A stretch of DNA of 64,000 bases. It comes from Octopus sinensis (lineage: Eukaryota). Position numbers and translations under genes: made by a program. Shown here in pieces: positions 1-13,000 of the stretch (its first letter is position 1; the number at the start of each line of letters is the position of its first letter). The notes beneath the pieces are model-generated. The model did no database searches. It saw only the letters and a program-made list of their open reading frames with translations, and had not been told where the DNA came from. Location of the stretch: contig NC_043008.1 of assembly GCF_006345805.1 (NCBI RefSeq), positions 78,182,001 through 78,246,000 of the forward strand, read 5' to 3'.

Positions 1-49
1 TGTTGTTGTTGTTGTTATTTTTGCTGTTGTTGTTGTTATTCAGTAGTCT

Positions 50-422
50 TTTATTATCACGTGCTTTCATTGCACTGCCAAGCGCAGCTCTATGTGCCTA
101 GGGTATGTGTTGTGGTTTGTTGCAATGCTCATATTTTTACTGTATTGAAAGTGCTTTACGCAGGATGTGCGCGGTGCCTAGTGGTGCTATTTTCTGTGTT
201 ATATATACTTGTTAGTCCTGGAGTTTATTTTTATGTATTTATCTGAATAGTTTTTTTCATCATACCTAATACGCCCACTATAATAGGAATTGTTTCTGTT
301 TTCAGACTCCATATTCGAGTTACCTCTATTTCCAGATCCTTGTATTTTGAAAGTTTCTCTATTTCTTTTAGAGAAACATCGTTATCTGTTGGTATTGATA
401 CATCATTTAGAAAGCATTAATT
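50..422 (-). mobile_element. 3' end of an R4/Dong-like (REL-endonuclease) non-LTR retrotransposon
   Basis: Minus-strand translation DVSIPTDNDVSLKEIEKLSKYKDLEIEVTRIWSLKTETIPIIVGVLG...GTAHILRKAL parallels the REL C-terminus of the 62243-62752 ORF; followed by a 3' UTR and an (AAT/AAC)n tail. Confidence 0.8.
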
Positions 423-465
423 TCTCTATTTGTATGTATTGATATATCCCAGAGTATGGTTCCTT

Positions 466-470
466 TCTCA

Positions 471-508
<38 letters not shown>

Positions 509-610
509 TGTTTAACGTCCGCTTTCCATACTAGCATGGGTTGGACGATTTTGACTGAGGGCTGGCGAACCAGATGGCTGTTCCCAGGCTCCAATCTTGA
601 TTTGGCAGAG
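466..610 (-). repeat. (CAT)n tail plus SINE/RTE-type 3' end fragment
   Basis: (CAT)n run joined to TTTAACGTCCGCTTTCCATACTAGCATGGGTTGGACG, which reads as the reverse of a retroposon 3' end with an (ATG)n tail; family recognised from memory. Confidence 0.55.
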
Positions 611-1224
611 TAGAAAGCTTCCTAAAACATTAAATACAATGTTATTTCAATCTAATCTGAAGTTAACTCATTTCATTAATCCTACTAAAGTACTTAACAA
701 TGTAATAAACCTCTATTCCTTTTATGCTATAGTACTGAAATATTTAATTTTGCTTTTAGATGCGACACATTCCAACTGCTGGTCGAATATTAAACTGCAG
801 TCGTCAGAAGATATTATTATGTCCTCTAGCTAGTGAATTAGCAAAATAAAGGGTGCAGTATTCATTCGGAAGATTTTTAAGATTTAAAGTAAAACTGATT
901 TGTTAATGTTTTAAATAGAATAAAATGTTTCATAACAGATTCTGACCGGAAGTTAAAAGTCTGAAATAATATTGTCAAATGTAAATTTCATTAAGGATAA
1001 TAATATGAATAAGTCCATTTAATTGAAGTTTAGTGTAGTGAATCAGTCCCAATTATGGGACTATGTAGTGTAGCGTATACAAGTATGCTCGTAGTTTGAT
1101 TAAAGAGGCGGGAATATGAATTAGGGAGATAAAGTTAATCAGAAAGAAGCGAGAACTACGAGGATAAGTCAAACATTATACGGTCTCTTGATTCTGTAAC
1201 TTGTTACAACAAAAGCAGAGGTTG

Positions 1225-1555
1225 AACAGTGGTCTACAAGATTGCTTATTCCATGGGTGAAGAATCTTTTTGGCTGCTTCGGCGCTTCTTCGTCCCTAGC
1301 AAATCGACGACCTCATAAACGATGTTTGAGTGGTCCAAAATGTGATAGTCGGAAGGGACGAGATCTGGACTGTATGCAGAGTAGTCCAGCAACTCGAAAT
1401 CAAATTTCTCGATAGTTTCAACGGTGTGGATGGCTATATGTGGGCGTGCATTTTCGTGCAGCAATAACACTTACTTTGACAATAGACCTCAACGTTTGGT
1501 GCGAATTGCTGGTTTCAGTTTGTTGGCCAGCATTTCACTGTAGCCTATACTAGTG
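1225..1555 (-). mobile_element. mariner transposase fragment (catalytic C-terminal part), decayed
   Basis: KLKPAIRTKR*GLLSK*VLLLHENARPHIA...YSPDLVPSDYH matches the mariner HDNARPH and YSPDLAPSD motifs; contains stops. Confidence 0.85.
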
Positions 1556-1689
1556 AAAGACACCAAAGCAATGGCAATCCGGGGAGATAATCTCAAATTT
1601 TAAGAAGGAAGACGAGGGAATGTTCTAATTACTGAGGCATCTCCTTGTTGAGCCTTCACGGCAAACTCTACGCTAGGTGTCTGGAAAAG

Positions 1690-2720
1690 AAATGCAGGGA
1701 AATTGTCGACTGAAAGAACAGTATGGACGCAGTGAACAGTAGGCCTTCAAGAAATCGTCGAAATATTGCCAAGAGGCGTACGCTTGCTGTGTGGAGTTCA
1801 AAAGTGCATTTAACCGCATATTGTGGTACACGTTATAAGGGCTATTCAGGACTTTGAGATTAATGAGCAACTCCTGGCTGCCGTAAGTCCCTATACAAAT
1901 GCTCAGATGTTTGTATTCGATTAAATATTGTAACCTTACAACATGGGTGTTAAACTTTGGAAAAGTGTGTCTGGTCACTTCGTCTTTTCATAATTTTAAT
2001 GAACTTCATTGACATGCACAACCCTTGTGGAAGTGGTATCACAGTCGTTGGGTGTAAGATCGGTCAGTTGATATTTACAGACATAATGGTGATACGTGGT
2101 TCGTCAGACGGAGATCTCTAGCAAGTACTGAATGGATTCGCTGCATAGTGCTGCAAAGTAGGGGTGGGGATTGATATTGCGAAGAATGTCTCTTCAGTGC
2201 ACTCTGAATGTTGGGGGATCATCACTAGGAGTAGTTGAGAGGTTTAAGTATATGGGGGCCGCATTCAGGAGTGATGGGAGGCAGGAGGCTGAATTAGATA
2301 CTAGAAGTATAAGTACTGGCACAATAATGAGCCATCTTCAACATTCATTACTCAAAAGAGGATAGGTTGGTATGAATTTTGGGCAATGACTGAAAGAGTA
2401 CAATCGGGAATACAAGTGGCCCAAATGGGGGTTCACCTGAAGGGTCTCTAGAGTAACGTTACTTGGGGGTCAAGGACTTTTTTCAGCTCGAGCTGCAACT
2501 ACTCCACATTTAGAGGTTACAATTATGGGACTATGAACATATGATTAGAGAGTCGAAGAAAATACGGATTTGAAACCAACTGGCAGGAAATTAAGAGGTA
2601 GACCAAGAATGGGTTGGTTGCATAACATTTATACTGTCAGTTGGTCACGCACGAAAATCAGTGACAGAACCGAAAAGAAGAAGCGTTTGAGGACTCTTCA
2701 CTCATGACCCTCCCGTGTTT
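1690..2720 (+). mobile_element. RTE-clade LINE, decayed RT and C-terminus
   Basis: Frameshifted RT blocks, LQCTLNVGGSSLGVVERFKYMG..SDGRQ (ORF 2171-2365) and the terminal PTGRKLRGRPRMGW motif. Confidence 0.75.
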
Positions 2721-2757
2721 AGTTGACTGCGAAGATGGATGGATAGGCGGCTAAATC

Positions 2758-2955
<198 letters not shown>

Positions 2956-4041
2956 AAAGGAGATATTTCTTTCTAAATAGTTCAACAAGAAATAGAGATT
3001 TGTTTTTATAAGGAAAGTGTATCAGAATCTTCGATGAATTAGACCACAGTTCTTTAAAAATGTTTTCGCTTTTGGCTTGCTCACCGCTATCGGATCAGAA
3101 ACGGCTACCCGCAAGTGCGAGCCCAGTGTATCGGAGTTGCTGTTCCCGTGCAATTTTCCCGCAATCATCCGAGGCAACGCCTTTTCTATTCTGTCTTCTG
3201 GAACCATGAGGTGGTCTGAATTACGTACATTCCACTCCTTAGAGTAAAAAGAATGTAGAGACTGAAATAAACAGTAAGGACATCTCTCTTCATATTCTTA
3301 CATTTTTTTTTTAAACTTACCGTTGTTTATTTGTGGGTTGATATCTGCAACTTCACGATTGTAAGAAATAGTTAATAAGTTCAGAACAGGAGGAGCAACA
3401 TAAAAAATAATCCAAGCCCAAATATTAAGGTTCAAGCGCTTACGTAAAATCAGAAGACATTTAAGTATGCAACTCAAATTTAGGCAATCAAATTTTAGCT
3501 GGTTTCGAATGTTGTGAGTGATGTTCTCATAAATAGAACTGCCATAAGTATATTTGCTTTTAGAAAATAAATTTTCTTTATAGAATAGACAAAGCTTTGA
3601 ATATATTACTAAACAATGAGTTGTTGCTTTGTTAGACTTCGTGGAGAGATTGGTTCTGGTGGAGGATATGTCAAGTATGTCAAAATATAGAGAAGAAAAG
3701 AAAAGCATAACAAACTGTTCATGAATAAATATGAGCAGAAATAACTTTTTTTTAATATTTCTGGGCTTTTCTACAAACATAGCTAAACTAAGCTACTGGG
3801 TGCGATAATGGTAATTTTTTGGTGATAAACTTCAAAAATCTTGCCATAATTTTCAAAATTCCGAACCCATTTTCCGCGCTTAAATTACAAATCCGATTTC
3901 ACTTTACGATGTTGAAAATTTGATTGAAAGGTGTCCAATCTAGGGCCCCCAATGTCACCAAAAATCAATAAAATCCCCGTCTTCAAAGCAAAACAACCAA
4001 TGTAGCGCCCCATAACGACTCCCAAACAATTTCTCACCTAT

Positions 4042-4256
4042 ATTAAGATCACCGTCACAAATGTCTAGGAGTTGATGAGGATAATATATTGAGATTACCA
4101 TCACTTATGTGTAGCGGTTGATGACGATAATATATTAACATTACCGTCACTAATGTCTAGGGGATGATGACGATAATATATCACATCTGTGACGATAATA
4201 TATTAAGATTACCGTCACAGATGTCTCGGAGTTGATGTGGATAATATATTGAGATT
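4042..4256 (+). repeat. short array (~5 units) of the 46-bp minisatellite
   Basis: Units of GATGACGATAATATATTAAGATTACCGTCACTAATGTCTAGGAGTT with the same variants as 10030-10220. Confidence 0.95.
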
Positions 4257-4259
4257 TTA

Positions 4260-4495
4260 TTCAGGGATCTTTTGAGCGGGATGGGATACTGAACCTGAAG
4301 AAAATTCTAACTGGGCCCCACCTGCAAGGTTATTCACTGTTTATCTTGATATAAGATCACCATGTCACGCACATGTGGTTGTGACGCATGTGCCTGGTGT
4401 CATGACGGGTAGTCATGATGGGGATATTGGGCTTCGTATAATTGTATCCCAGTGCCACTTTGATGTCATGCGCTGCTCTCTCACTCAATAATAAA
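4260..4495 (+). repeat. retroposon 3' UTR-like repeat ending in CTCTCTCACTCAATAATAA
   Basis: GC-richer block ending in an (AAT) tail; resembles 3' ends of (AAT)n-tailed non-LTR elements (from memory). Confidence 0.45.
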
Positions 4496-5034
4496 GAAAC
4501 AAATGCTGAGGTTTCTGCCCGCCTGAAGCTTACTTATACTCTTCATCACTCCTCATCATTTGTTAATATATTTAATAGATGCAAAAATGCGTAAGGAAAT
4601 GGGAATGTATTATTTTCAAGCCCTTCAAAAGTGTAATAGCAGCAAAAGTGAAAATTAACTTCGTTAACTGAGGAATCTTGACTTCCTGGAAACTTATCTC
4701 CTGCTCCCATCTTAATCACCGCCTCTTATAAAAATAAATTTAACAACTTCAGAAAGTGATTTAGAGCAGATGGTAATGTTCGGTTTATTAATTCATTTCA
4801 TTAAGGCATAAATTGATCTTTTTCTATAAATATGTTTGTTACATAAATATGCTTGTTACATAGAAATATATTTTTGATTTTCGCAGTAAATATGTTTTTA
4901 AGATTTCAGCAGAATTATTAAGTATAGTAAACAGGCTGGCAGAATCAAAATAAAAGTGTTAATATTTTTTTAACGAAAACTTGTGTACTACCACTTATTC
5001 CAAATTATTGATCTCTGATTTTTGGATTAGGTCA

Positions 5035-5225
5035 GCATGTTCGGGGAAGGGAGTAAGTCGATTACACCGACCACAGTGTTCAGCTGGTACTTATTTTATC
5101 GATCATGAAATTATGAAAGGCATAGTCGAACGCGGCAGAAATTCAACGCAAGAACATAAAGACAGACGAAATGCCCATGAGCATTTTGCTTCGCATGCTG
5201 ACGATTCTGCCATCTCACAGATATT
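5035..5225 (-). mobile_element. SINE, decayed copy of the 7098-7333 family
   Basis: Reverse complement matches GGCAGAAT..AGCA..CGAA.../GTCGACTTTGCCTTTCATC/GATAAA.TAAGTACCAG of 7098-7333. Confidence 0.75.
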
Positions 5226-6076
5226 TAATCGACCTCACTCACATGAAAAAAGTGTCCTGTTAGTGCAATCATGCTGAATATAGGAATATAGTAGGAAAAA
5301 GGAAATATAATTAATACACGTGTGGTGAGGAGAAATAAAAATATAAAATAAAAAGACTTTTTAAGTATGGTTTCAGGCATCACCTGATTAAGAAGCTCCA
5401 AGCTGTATCACATTTCTCTAAACTTTGTGCAGTTGCTTTTCACCATAATTTCAATGCCTTGTGAATGAAATTTGATAGAAGGGAAAATTGTAGAATCTCA
5501 TTTTTCTGTATACGCAGATCGGCTAAATTTATATAAGTAGGCAATAAAATTAGCGATAAGCTGCTTTGTTGGAACATGCAGAATTAATTCTGCCCAACTT
5601 ACTCATGCATTCTCTCGTCTCTATCACATAACGGAAATTTCGGTGAAGCGGTGACTGAAAACTTACGAGAACAACGTTATTGTTTACAAGTAAGTAAACA
5701 TGAATCATGCCTGCTTTGCTCAAAACTGAACTTGTCTAATAAAAAAACGGATTCTTCATTTGATTAATTTTTTTAATAAGGAATTACTCATACCTTGTTG
5801 TTAAACACTGGTGATTGTTTTCAAATATTCAACATGACAACTTTGTTAGGAATCGAAAAAATTGTCTTACACCAGTCATATCTTTCTGTTTTACCCAATT
5901 GTATAAAAACGGTTCCGATGAAGGAATTTTAACGGCTGCTATGTAAGATATATAATGTTGCATGAACGACTTCATCATTATTAACAAACATACATGTCAA
6001 TGGCATTATGTGTGAATAGTCACCGTTGAGTTGCTGAAACAATTGTCAACTACAAAATTAAAATATCATAAGCTCC

Positions 6077-6107
<31 letters not shown>

Positions 6108-6176
6108 TGTGTGTAATTACGCATGTAGAAAACGAGAAAAGTTCGCGTAAGTTTTGAATGTGTATTATGTATATAC

Positions 6177-6310
<134 letters not shown>

Positions 6311-6328
6311 CATACATATTCATGTATA

Positions 6329-7019
6329 CAAGGTCTGATAAATAAGTATCTGGACTGTTGGCATAGTAACGAAGCTAAAGCACGCTGAGTAAAGCTGCTT
6401 GGCACAGAATAACCTTGAACTCTACTGTGCATGTGCATTAAGATTTAACGTTCTAGCTCACTCCTGCTGTTTACAGCAATGCTTGGAAGGAAGAAGTGTA
6501 GCGTGTGATCATCGCATTGACCATAACAGAGAATGTCATGGCGATACCTGCTCAGAGGCCTACGCAAAATTGCAGAAAGTGTATGGAGAGGAGTGTATGA
6601 ACTCCACACAAGTGTACCAGTGATTCAAACGTTTCCAAGATAGTAGAAAAATGTCGATATTAACGAACGTTCTCGGAGACCCGCAACAAGTAGAACTGAG
6701 AAAAATATCACAAATGTCCGTGTAGCTGTGGAAGGAAATCATCGAATCGCCATCTGTGATATATCAGGGATGTGCAGATTAGTTACGGTTCATTTCACTC
6801 CATTATCACAGACGAATTGGGTATGAGATGTTTATCTGCTGCCAAGTTTGTGTCAAAACTGCTTTCACAAGCTCTCCTTAATTGTACCGAAAATGATGAA
6901 AACGTTTTGAAAACTTTGCGCAGGCGTCTGAGCAGGTATCGGCAGCTTTTGGTCAAATTTGATGCAGATTCTCTACTCAACTTTTTCTGTCATGGTCAAT
7001 GCTTATTGATCAGACTACG
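6329..7019 (+). mobile_element. internally deleted mariner element with both TIRs
   Basis: TA|CAAGGTCTGATAAATAAG ... CTTATTGATCAGACTACG|TA; encodes the N-terminal HTH region (EAYAKLQKVYGEECMNSTQVY.WFKRFQ; QISYGSFHSIITDELGMR..AKFVSKLL) but no DDD domain. Confidence 0.88.
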
Positions 7020-7097
7020 TATATGATGATGATTGATCAAAAGCAAAAAAAGACACAAGAGGAATAAATTTTCATGAATGCATTTATTAATTTAATA

Positions 7098-7333
7098 AGG
7101 CGGCGAGCTGGCAGAATCATTAGCACGCCGGGCGAAATGTTCAGCGGTATTTCGTCTGCCGTTACGTTCTGGGTTCAAATTCTGCCGAGGTCGACTTTGC
7201 CTTTCATCCTTTCGGGGTCGATAAATTAAGTACCAGTTACGCAATGGGGTCGATGTAATCGATTTAATCCGTTTGTCTGTCCTTGTTTGTCCTCTGTGTT
7301 TAGCCCCTTGTGGGTAGTAAAGAAATAGGTATT
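7098..7333 (+). mobile_element. tRNA-derived SINE, near full length
   Basis: GGCGGCGAGCTGGCAGAATC head, B-box-like GGTTCAAATTC, and body repeated at 5035, 21925, 42676, 43225 and 47620. Confidence 0.85.
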
Positions 7334-7344
7334 TATTAATTTAA

Positions 7345-8130
7345 TGCTTAATAGGAAAGAGAAAGGATCTTTCACATTTCAGACGTTAGCCCTTCACGAG
7401 AAGACCCCAAAAGCAGGAAATGTGGTGGAAAAAAGGAATGAAGAAAAACAAAGAAAGAGAAGAGAAAAAAGGTTTAGCGTCAGGTGGAAATGCGATTTTA
7501 TGGGGAGGAGGCAAAAAGATAAGAAGAGGTAGTGTGTTGTGCGCATGTATAAGAGTGTGATTGTTCAGGAAAATGACTTAGTCTGTGAGCAGTGTTAGGT
7601 ACTTGTCATTACCTAGGAATGGGTGCGATGTGAGAGGGCGGTGAGTTTCGGGAAACGTGAAGAAAACCGAAGAAAATGTACGGGTTGATAAAAAGTGAAG
7701 AACGGTAAAAGGACATGATGTAACAACTGCCAAGAAAAACAATTTGAGCATGAAAAACATGTAAAATAGGAAGGGTTGTGTGAAAAGGGAAAGAGCATTA
7801 AGAAAAAGTTGTTTAGAAATGTTTAGAAAAAGAGTATTTTGCGCAGTTTGAGAGGAAACTAGTGACAGAAATCTAGGTGTTGAGGAAATCCAACAGAAAT
7901 GGTAAAAGTTCCCGAGCGAGGCCAGAGAGTGAAAATCAAGGGAATAAATTGCAGGGATTGTAATCCAGTGTTGCAGAGAAGTGCATAAATGGTTGAACGA
8001 TTGGTTAGCAAGGTCCATGGGATGGAATACAAGTGAGAAATAATATAAAGGCGAAAATATTAGTTGCTAGGCCATGCAGTCAATGAAAAAGAAAGAAATA
8101 ACGTGAGTTTGGCGAACAGCGGAGGCAAAG
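7345..8130 (-). mobile_element. Penelope-like element 3' remnant with degenerate hammerhead motif
   Basis: Minus strand CTCGTGA-A-GGGCTAACGTCT-GAAATGT near 7375-7402; upstream LANQSFNHLC weakly resembles the GIY-YIG C-terminal RF.EH region. Confidence 0.4.
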
Positions 8131-9077
8131 GGAAATAATGTAGCACAGTGTGCTAGTGTGTGTGTGTGCGTGTGTGCATCTGTGTGTGCATGTCTTTTCT
8201 TGTTTGTTTTCCTGTACGTTAGTATGTACGCTTATATGTCGGTGTGTTTCTACGTCGAGTGTACGTGTAGTGTATGTTCGAATGTATAAAAGAGCACGCT
8301 GAAGGTAGCAGTGGTTGAACAGTCAGACAACCTGCGAGTCGCAGATAGAAGGAGGTGAGTCAGGGCGAAATTAGGTGTGTGCGTGTGTGTGTGTGTAAGA
8401 GTGAGTGAGTTTGTGTGTCAGTGAGTGCACGTGAGCGTATGTTCAAGAGGTGTGCAAATAACACTTTGTACGCTGGTGTGTTGGTGTATGTATGTGTGTG
8501 TGTGTGTGGAGCGTGGAAGAAATGTGTTATAGTGTAGGTGTATATAAACAATGTGTGTGTGTAAAGCTGAATGAGATTGTAAGTTATTGTGTGAGAGTTA
8601 GTAGGGCGAGGTGTAGAGAAGTGTATGTATAGGTGCATTGTGGGAATTGGTTGCGAAATTGTGCGTTGAGACATATTATATTTGAGGTTGTCATTTTCTC
8701 TTCTTGCGAAATAAAGACACGCACTATATATTCGTTTGTCACTTGTTTATTATTGTTATTCATATGGGTTATGTGTGTGTATATGGTGTTAATATCCTTA
8801 TTTTCATATAATAGTAAAGTTCATGTGACTAGACTTAAACCCACAGTCCACTTGATTGAAATATATAGGATGTCCTACAAAGCTGTAGGTTCTAACAATA
8901 CATGTCAGTAATTTATGTGGAGCTATCCGGTTTTAGATTCGGTCCAACTGCATAACACTCTGGAAAAGTCTTCTGATATAACCCCGAATTAATACCCTGA
9001 GTAAATCTTGCAGGCGGAAATAGCTCGGCAGCCTATGTACATATGTGTGTGTATTATATAAAGTACATATGTATATA

Positions 9078-9157
<80 letters not shown>

Positions 9158-9289
9158 ATAGAAATATTAAAATTACTAAGTCTCTTTAAAAGAGATTACG
9201 ACAGCGTTTCTGGAAGTTAATAGTTATCGCCATACTAATATGGCATTCTTAAAAATAAGAATAAAGAATTAGTATGGCGATAACTATTA

Positions 9290-9292
<3 letters not shown>
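9158..9292. mobile_element. PLE pseudo-LTR fragment with inverted end in (TA)n; second copy at ~25653-25781
   Basis: TAGAAATATTAAAATTACTAAGTCTC...AATAGTTATCGCCATACTAAT...ATTAGTATGGCGATAACTATT; same family as 38801-39482. Confidence 0.7.
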
Positions 9293-9340
<48 letters not shown>

Positions 9341-9903
9341 TAGATAAATGGTATAACAAGGCACCAATATTTACAGGAAAATATCAATCGATATATTACT
9401 GGAAAGTAATACATTTATATATATATATATATATATATATAAATCAAAATAAGCAACAAGGATATCCAGAGGAAATGCAGTACTATCGTTTCATGCAACC
9501 CCATTTAATTGAACAATGCAATCATTACACCAATTTAAAATGTAGAGCAATCTTCAACTGCACAAGGACATAGAATGTAATTAAATTAGAACAGATGGAC
9601 ACATTAGTATAATTATACCTAAAATCTCCAAGAAGTTAAGGAGATAGGTAAAGAATATTCTCTACTTTAGCGTAGAAGTTACTAAAATTAGAAGACTCTG
9701 CCTGCCACTGATTTTTTGTCTTTATGGGGTCAGTTTTAATTCATAGATTAGTTTATCAAATCCCTTGTACATCTAAGGCTGAGAGAACAGAGGGCAGTAT
9801 CTGTTATGGGTAGGGATGAGTGGAGTGGACAGACATTCTAGTTGGTATAGTCATAAAAAATCAAAGATTTATTATAAACAATATAAGTACCATATTCATC
9901 TGA

Positions 9904-9956
<53 letters not shown>

Positions 9957-9959
<3 letters not shown>

Positions 9960-10030
9960 GCATGACAGAAGTAAATAGACTTACCATAAACGTTGTTTTA
10001 TGTTTATTCTTGCATGCTTATTCTTTTATT
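9957..10030 (+). mobile_element. left end (TIR) of the Tc1 element, truncated by the minisatellite
   Basis: TA|CAGGCATGACAGAAGTAAATAGACTTACC is identical to 27036 onward. Confidence 0.9.
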
Positions 10031-13000
10031 AAGATCACCATCACTAATGTCTAGGAGTTAATGAGGATAATATATTGAGATTACAATCACTTATGTGTAG
10101 CGGTTGATGACGATAATATATTAACATTACCGTCACTAATGTCTAGGGGATGATGACGATAATATATTAAGATTACCGTCACAGATGTCTCGGAGTTGAT
10201 GTGGATAATATATTGAGATTACCATCACTAATGTGTGGGGGTTGATGATGATAATATATTAAGATTACCGTAAATAATGTCTGGGGGTTGATGACGATAA
10301 TATATTAAGATTACCGTCACTAATGTCTAAGAGTTGATGACGATAATATATTAAAATTACCGTCATTAGTTTCTAGGAGTAGGGGTTGATGATGATAATA
10401 TATTAAGATTACTGTCACTAATCTCTAGGAGTTGATTACGATAATATATTAAGATAATCGTCATTAATGTCTAGGGGATGATGATAATATATTGAGATTA
10501 CCTTCACTAATGTCTAGGGGTTGATGATGATAATATATTACTATTACCATCACTAATGTGTAGAGGTTGATGACGATAATATATTAATATTAACATCACG
10601 AATTTCTAGGGGTTGATGACGATAATATCTTAATATTAACGTCACTAATATCTAGGAGTTGATAATGATAATATATTAAGATTACCGTCACTAATGTCTA
10701 GGGGATGATAAGGATAATATATGGAGATTACCATCACTAATGTCTAGGGCTTCATGGCGATAATATATGAAGATTACCGTCACAAATGTCTAGGGGTAGA
10801 TGACGATAATATATGAAGATTACCGTCAATAATTGCTAGGAGTTGATGACGATAATATATTAAGATTACCGTCACTAATGGCTAAGAGTTGATGACGATA
10901 ACATATTAAGATTACCGTCACTAATGGCTAGGAGTTGAGGACGATAATATATTAAGATTACCGTCACTAATGTCTGGGTGCTGATGATGATAATATATTA
11001 AGATTACCGTCACTAAATTCTAGGGGTTGATGACGATCATATATTAAGATTACCATCACTAATGATTAGGAGTTGGTGACGATAATGTATAAAGATTACT
11101 GACACTAATGTCTAGGGATTGATGACGATAACATATGAAGATTACTGTCACTAATGTCTACGGGTAGATGACGATAATATATTAAGATTACCATCATTAA
11201 TGTCTAGGAGTTGATGTCGATAATATATTAAGATTACCGTCACTAATGATTAGGAGTTGGTGACGATAATATATAAAGATTACCGTCACTAAATTCTAGG
11301 GGTTGATGACGATCATATATTAAGATTACTGTCACTAAATTCTAGGGGTTGGTGACGATCATATATTAAGATTACCGTCACTAAATTCTAGGGGTCGGTG
11401 ACGATCATATATTAAGATTACCGTCACTAAATTCTAGGGGTTGGTGACGATCATATATTAAGATTACCGTCACTAAATTCTAGGGGTTGATGACGATCAT
11501 ATATTAAGATTACCGTCACTAATGATTAGGAGTTGGTGACGATAATATATAAATATTACCGACACTAATGTCTAGGGATTGATGACGATAACATATGAAG
11601 ATTACTGTCACTAATGTCTAGGATGTGATGACGATAATATATTAAGATCGCCGTCACTAATTTCTAGGGGTTGATGAGGATAATATATTAAGATTACCGT
11701 CACTAAAGTCTAGGGGTTGATGAGGATAATATATGAAGATTACCGTCACTAATTCTACGGGTAGATGAAGATAATATATAAAGATTACCATCACTAATGT
11801 CTAGGAGTTGATGACGATAATATATTAAGATTACCGTAAGTAACGTTTACGAGTTGATGACGATAATATATTGAGATTACCGACACCAATATCTAGGAGT
11901 ATGTAACGATAATATATTAAGATTACCGTCACCAATGTCTAGGAGTATGTAACGATAATATATTAAGATTACCGTCACCAATATCTAGGAGTATGTAACG
12001 ATAATATATTAAGATTACCGTCACTACTGTCTAGGAGTGTGTAACGATAATATATTAAGATTACCGTCACCAACGTCTAGGAGTGTGTAACGATAATATA
12101 TTAAGATTACCGTCACCAATATCTAGGAGTATGTAACGATAATATATTAAGATTACCGTCACTAATGTCTAGGAGTGTGTAACGATAATATATTAATATT
12201 ACCGTCACCAATATCTAGGCGTATGTAACGATAATATATTAAGATTACCGTCACCAATGTCTAGGAGTGTGTAACGATAATATATTAAGATTAACGTCAC
12301 TAATGTCTAGGGGTTGATGATGATAATATATGAAGATTACTATCAATAATGACTAGGAGGTGATGACGATAATATATTAAGATTAACGTTACTGATGTCC
12401 AGGAGTTGATGATGATAATATATTAAGATCACCATCACTAACGTCTAGAGGTTGATGAGGATAATATATTAAGATTACCGTCACTAATTCTACGGGTAGA
12501 TGAAGATAATATATAAAGATTACCATCACTAATGTCTAGGAGTTGATGACGATAATATATTAAGATTACCGTAAGTAACGTTTACGAGTTGATGACGATA
12601 TATATTGAGATTACAGTCACCATTATCTAGGAGTGTGTAACGATAATATATATGAATTACCGTCACCAATGTCAAGGAGTGTGTAACGATAATATATTAC
12701 GATTACCATCACTAACGTCTAGGACTTGATGACGATCACATATTAAGATTACCGTCACAAATTTTCAGGGGTTGATGACGATAATATATTAAGATTAACG
12801 TCACTATAGCCTAGGGGTTGATGACGATAATATATTAAGATTACCGTCACTAATTTCTAGGTGTTAATGACGATAATATATTAGGATTACCGTCACTAAT
12901 GTCTAGGATTTGATGACGATAATATATTAAGATTACCATCACTAATGTCTAGGTGGTCATTACAGTAATATATTAAGTTTACCGTCACTAATGTCTAGGT

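Larger units (their letters stand above)
8620..10030 (+). repeat. segmental duplication, copy 1 (paralog at 25144-27108)
   Basis: Near-identical unique sequence; ORFs 8633-8911 and 25155-25433 differ only at the second residue. Confidence 0.95.

Noticed and set aside
759-925. Possible terminal exon DATHSNCWSNIKLQSSEDIIMSSS* with downstream AATAAA, and an ETS motif at ~945
   Set aside because: Signals are common in AT-rich DNA and no upstream partner exon or homology was recognised.
1050-2535. 16-bp direct repeat CAATTATGGGACTATG at 1050 and 2520 as a possible TSD
   Set aside because: The second copy lies inside the RTE coding remnant and the enclosed DNA is not a single element.
3298-3780. 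160-aa minus-strand ORF with an olfactory-receptor-TM7-like stretch (FYVAPPVLNLLTISYNREV)
   Set aside because: AT-rich composition, no NPxxY, and no other TM pattern; probably chance.
6075-6120. (CG)n(TG)n Z-DNA-prone tract
   Set aside because: Ordinary microsatellite with no evidence of function.
8633-8911. Duplicated 92-aa ORF (also 25155-25433)
   Set aside because: Identity is explained by the recent DNA duplication; no domain or splice support.
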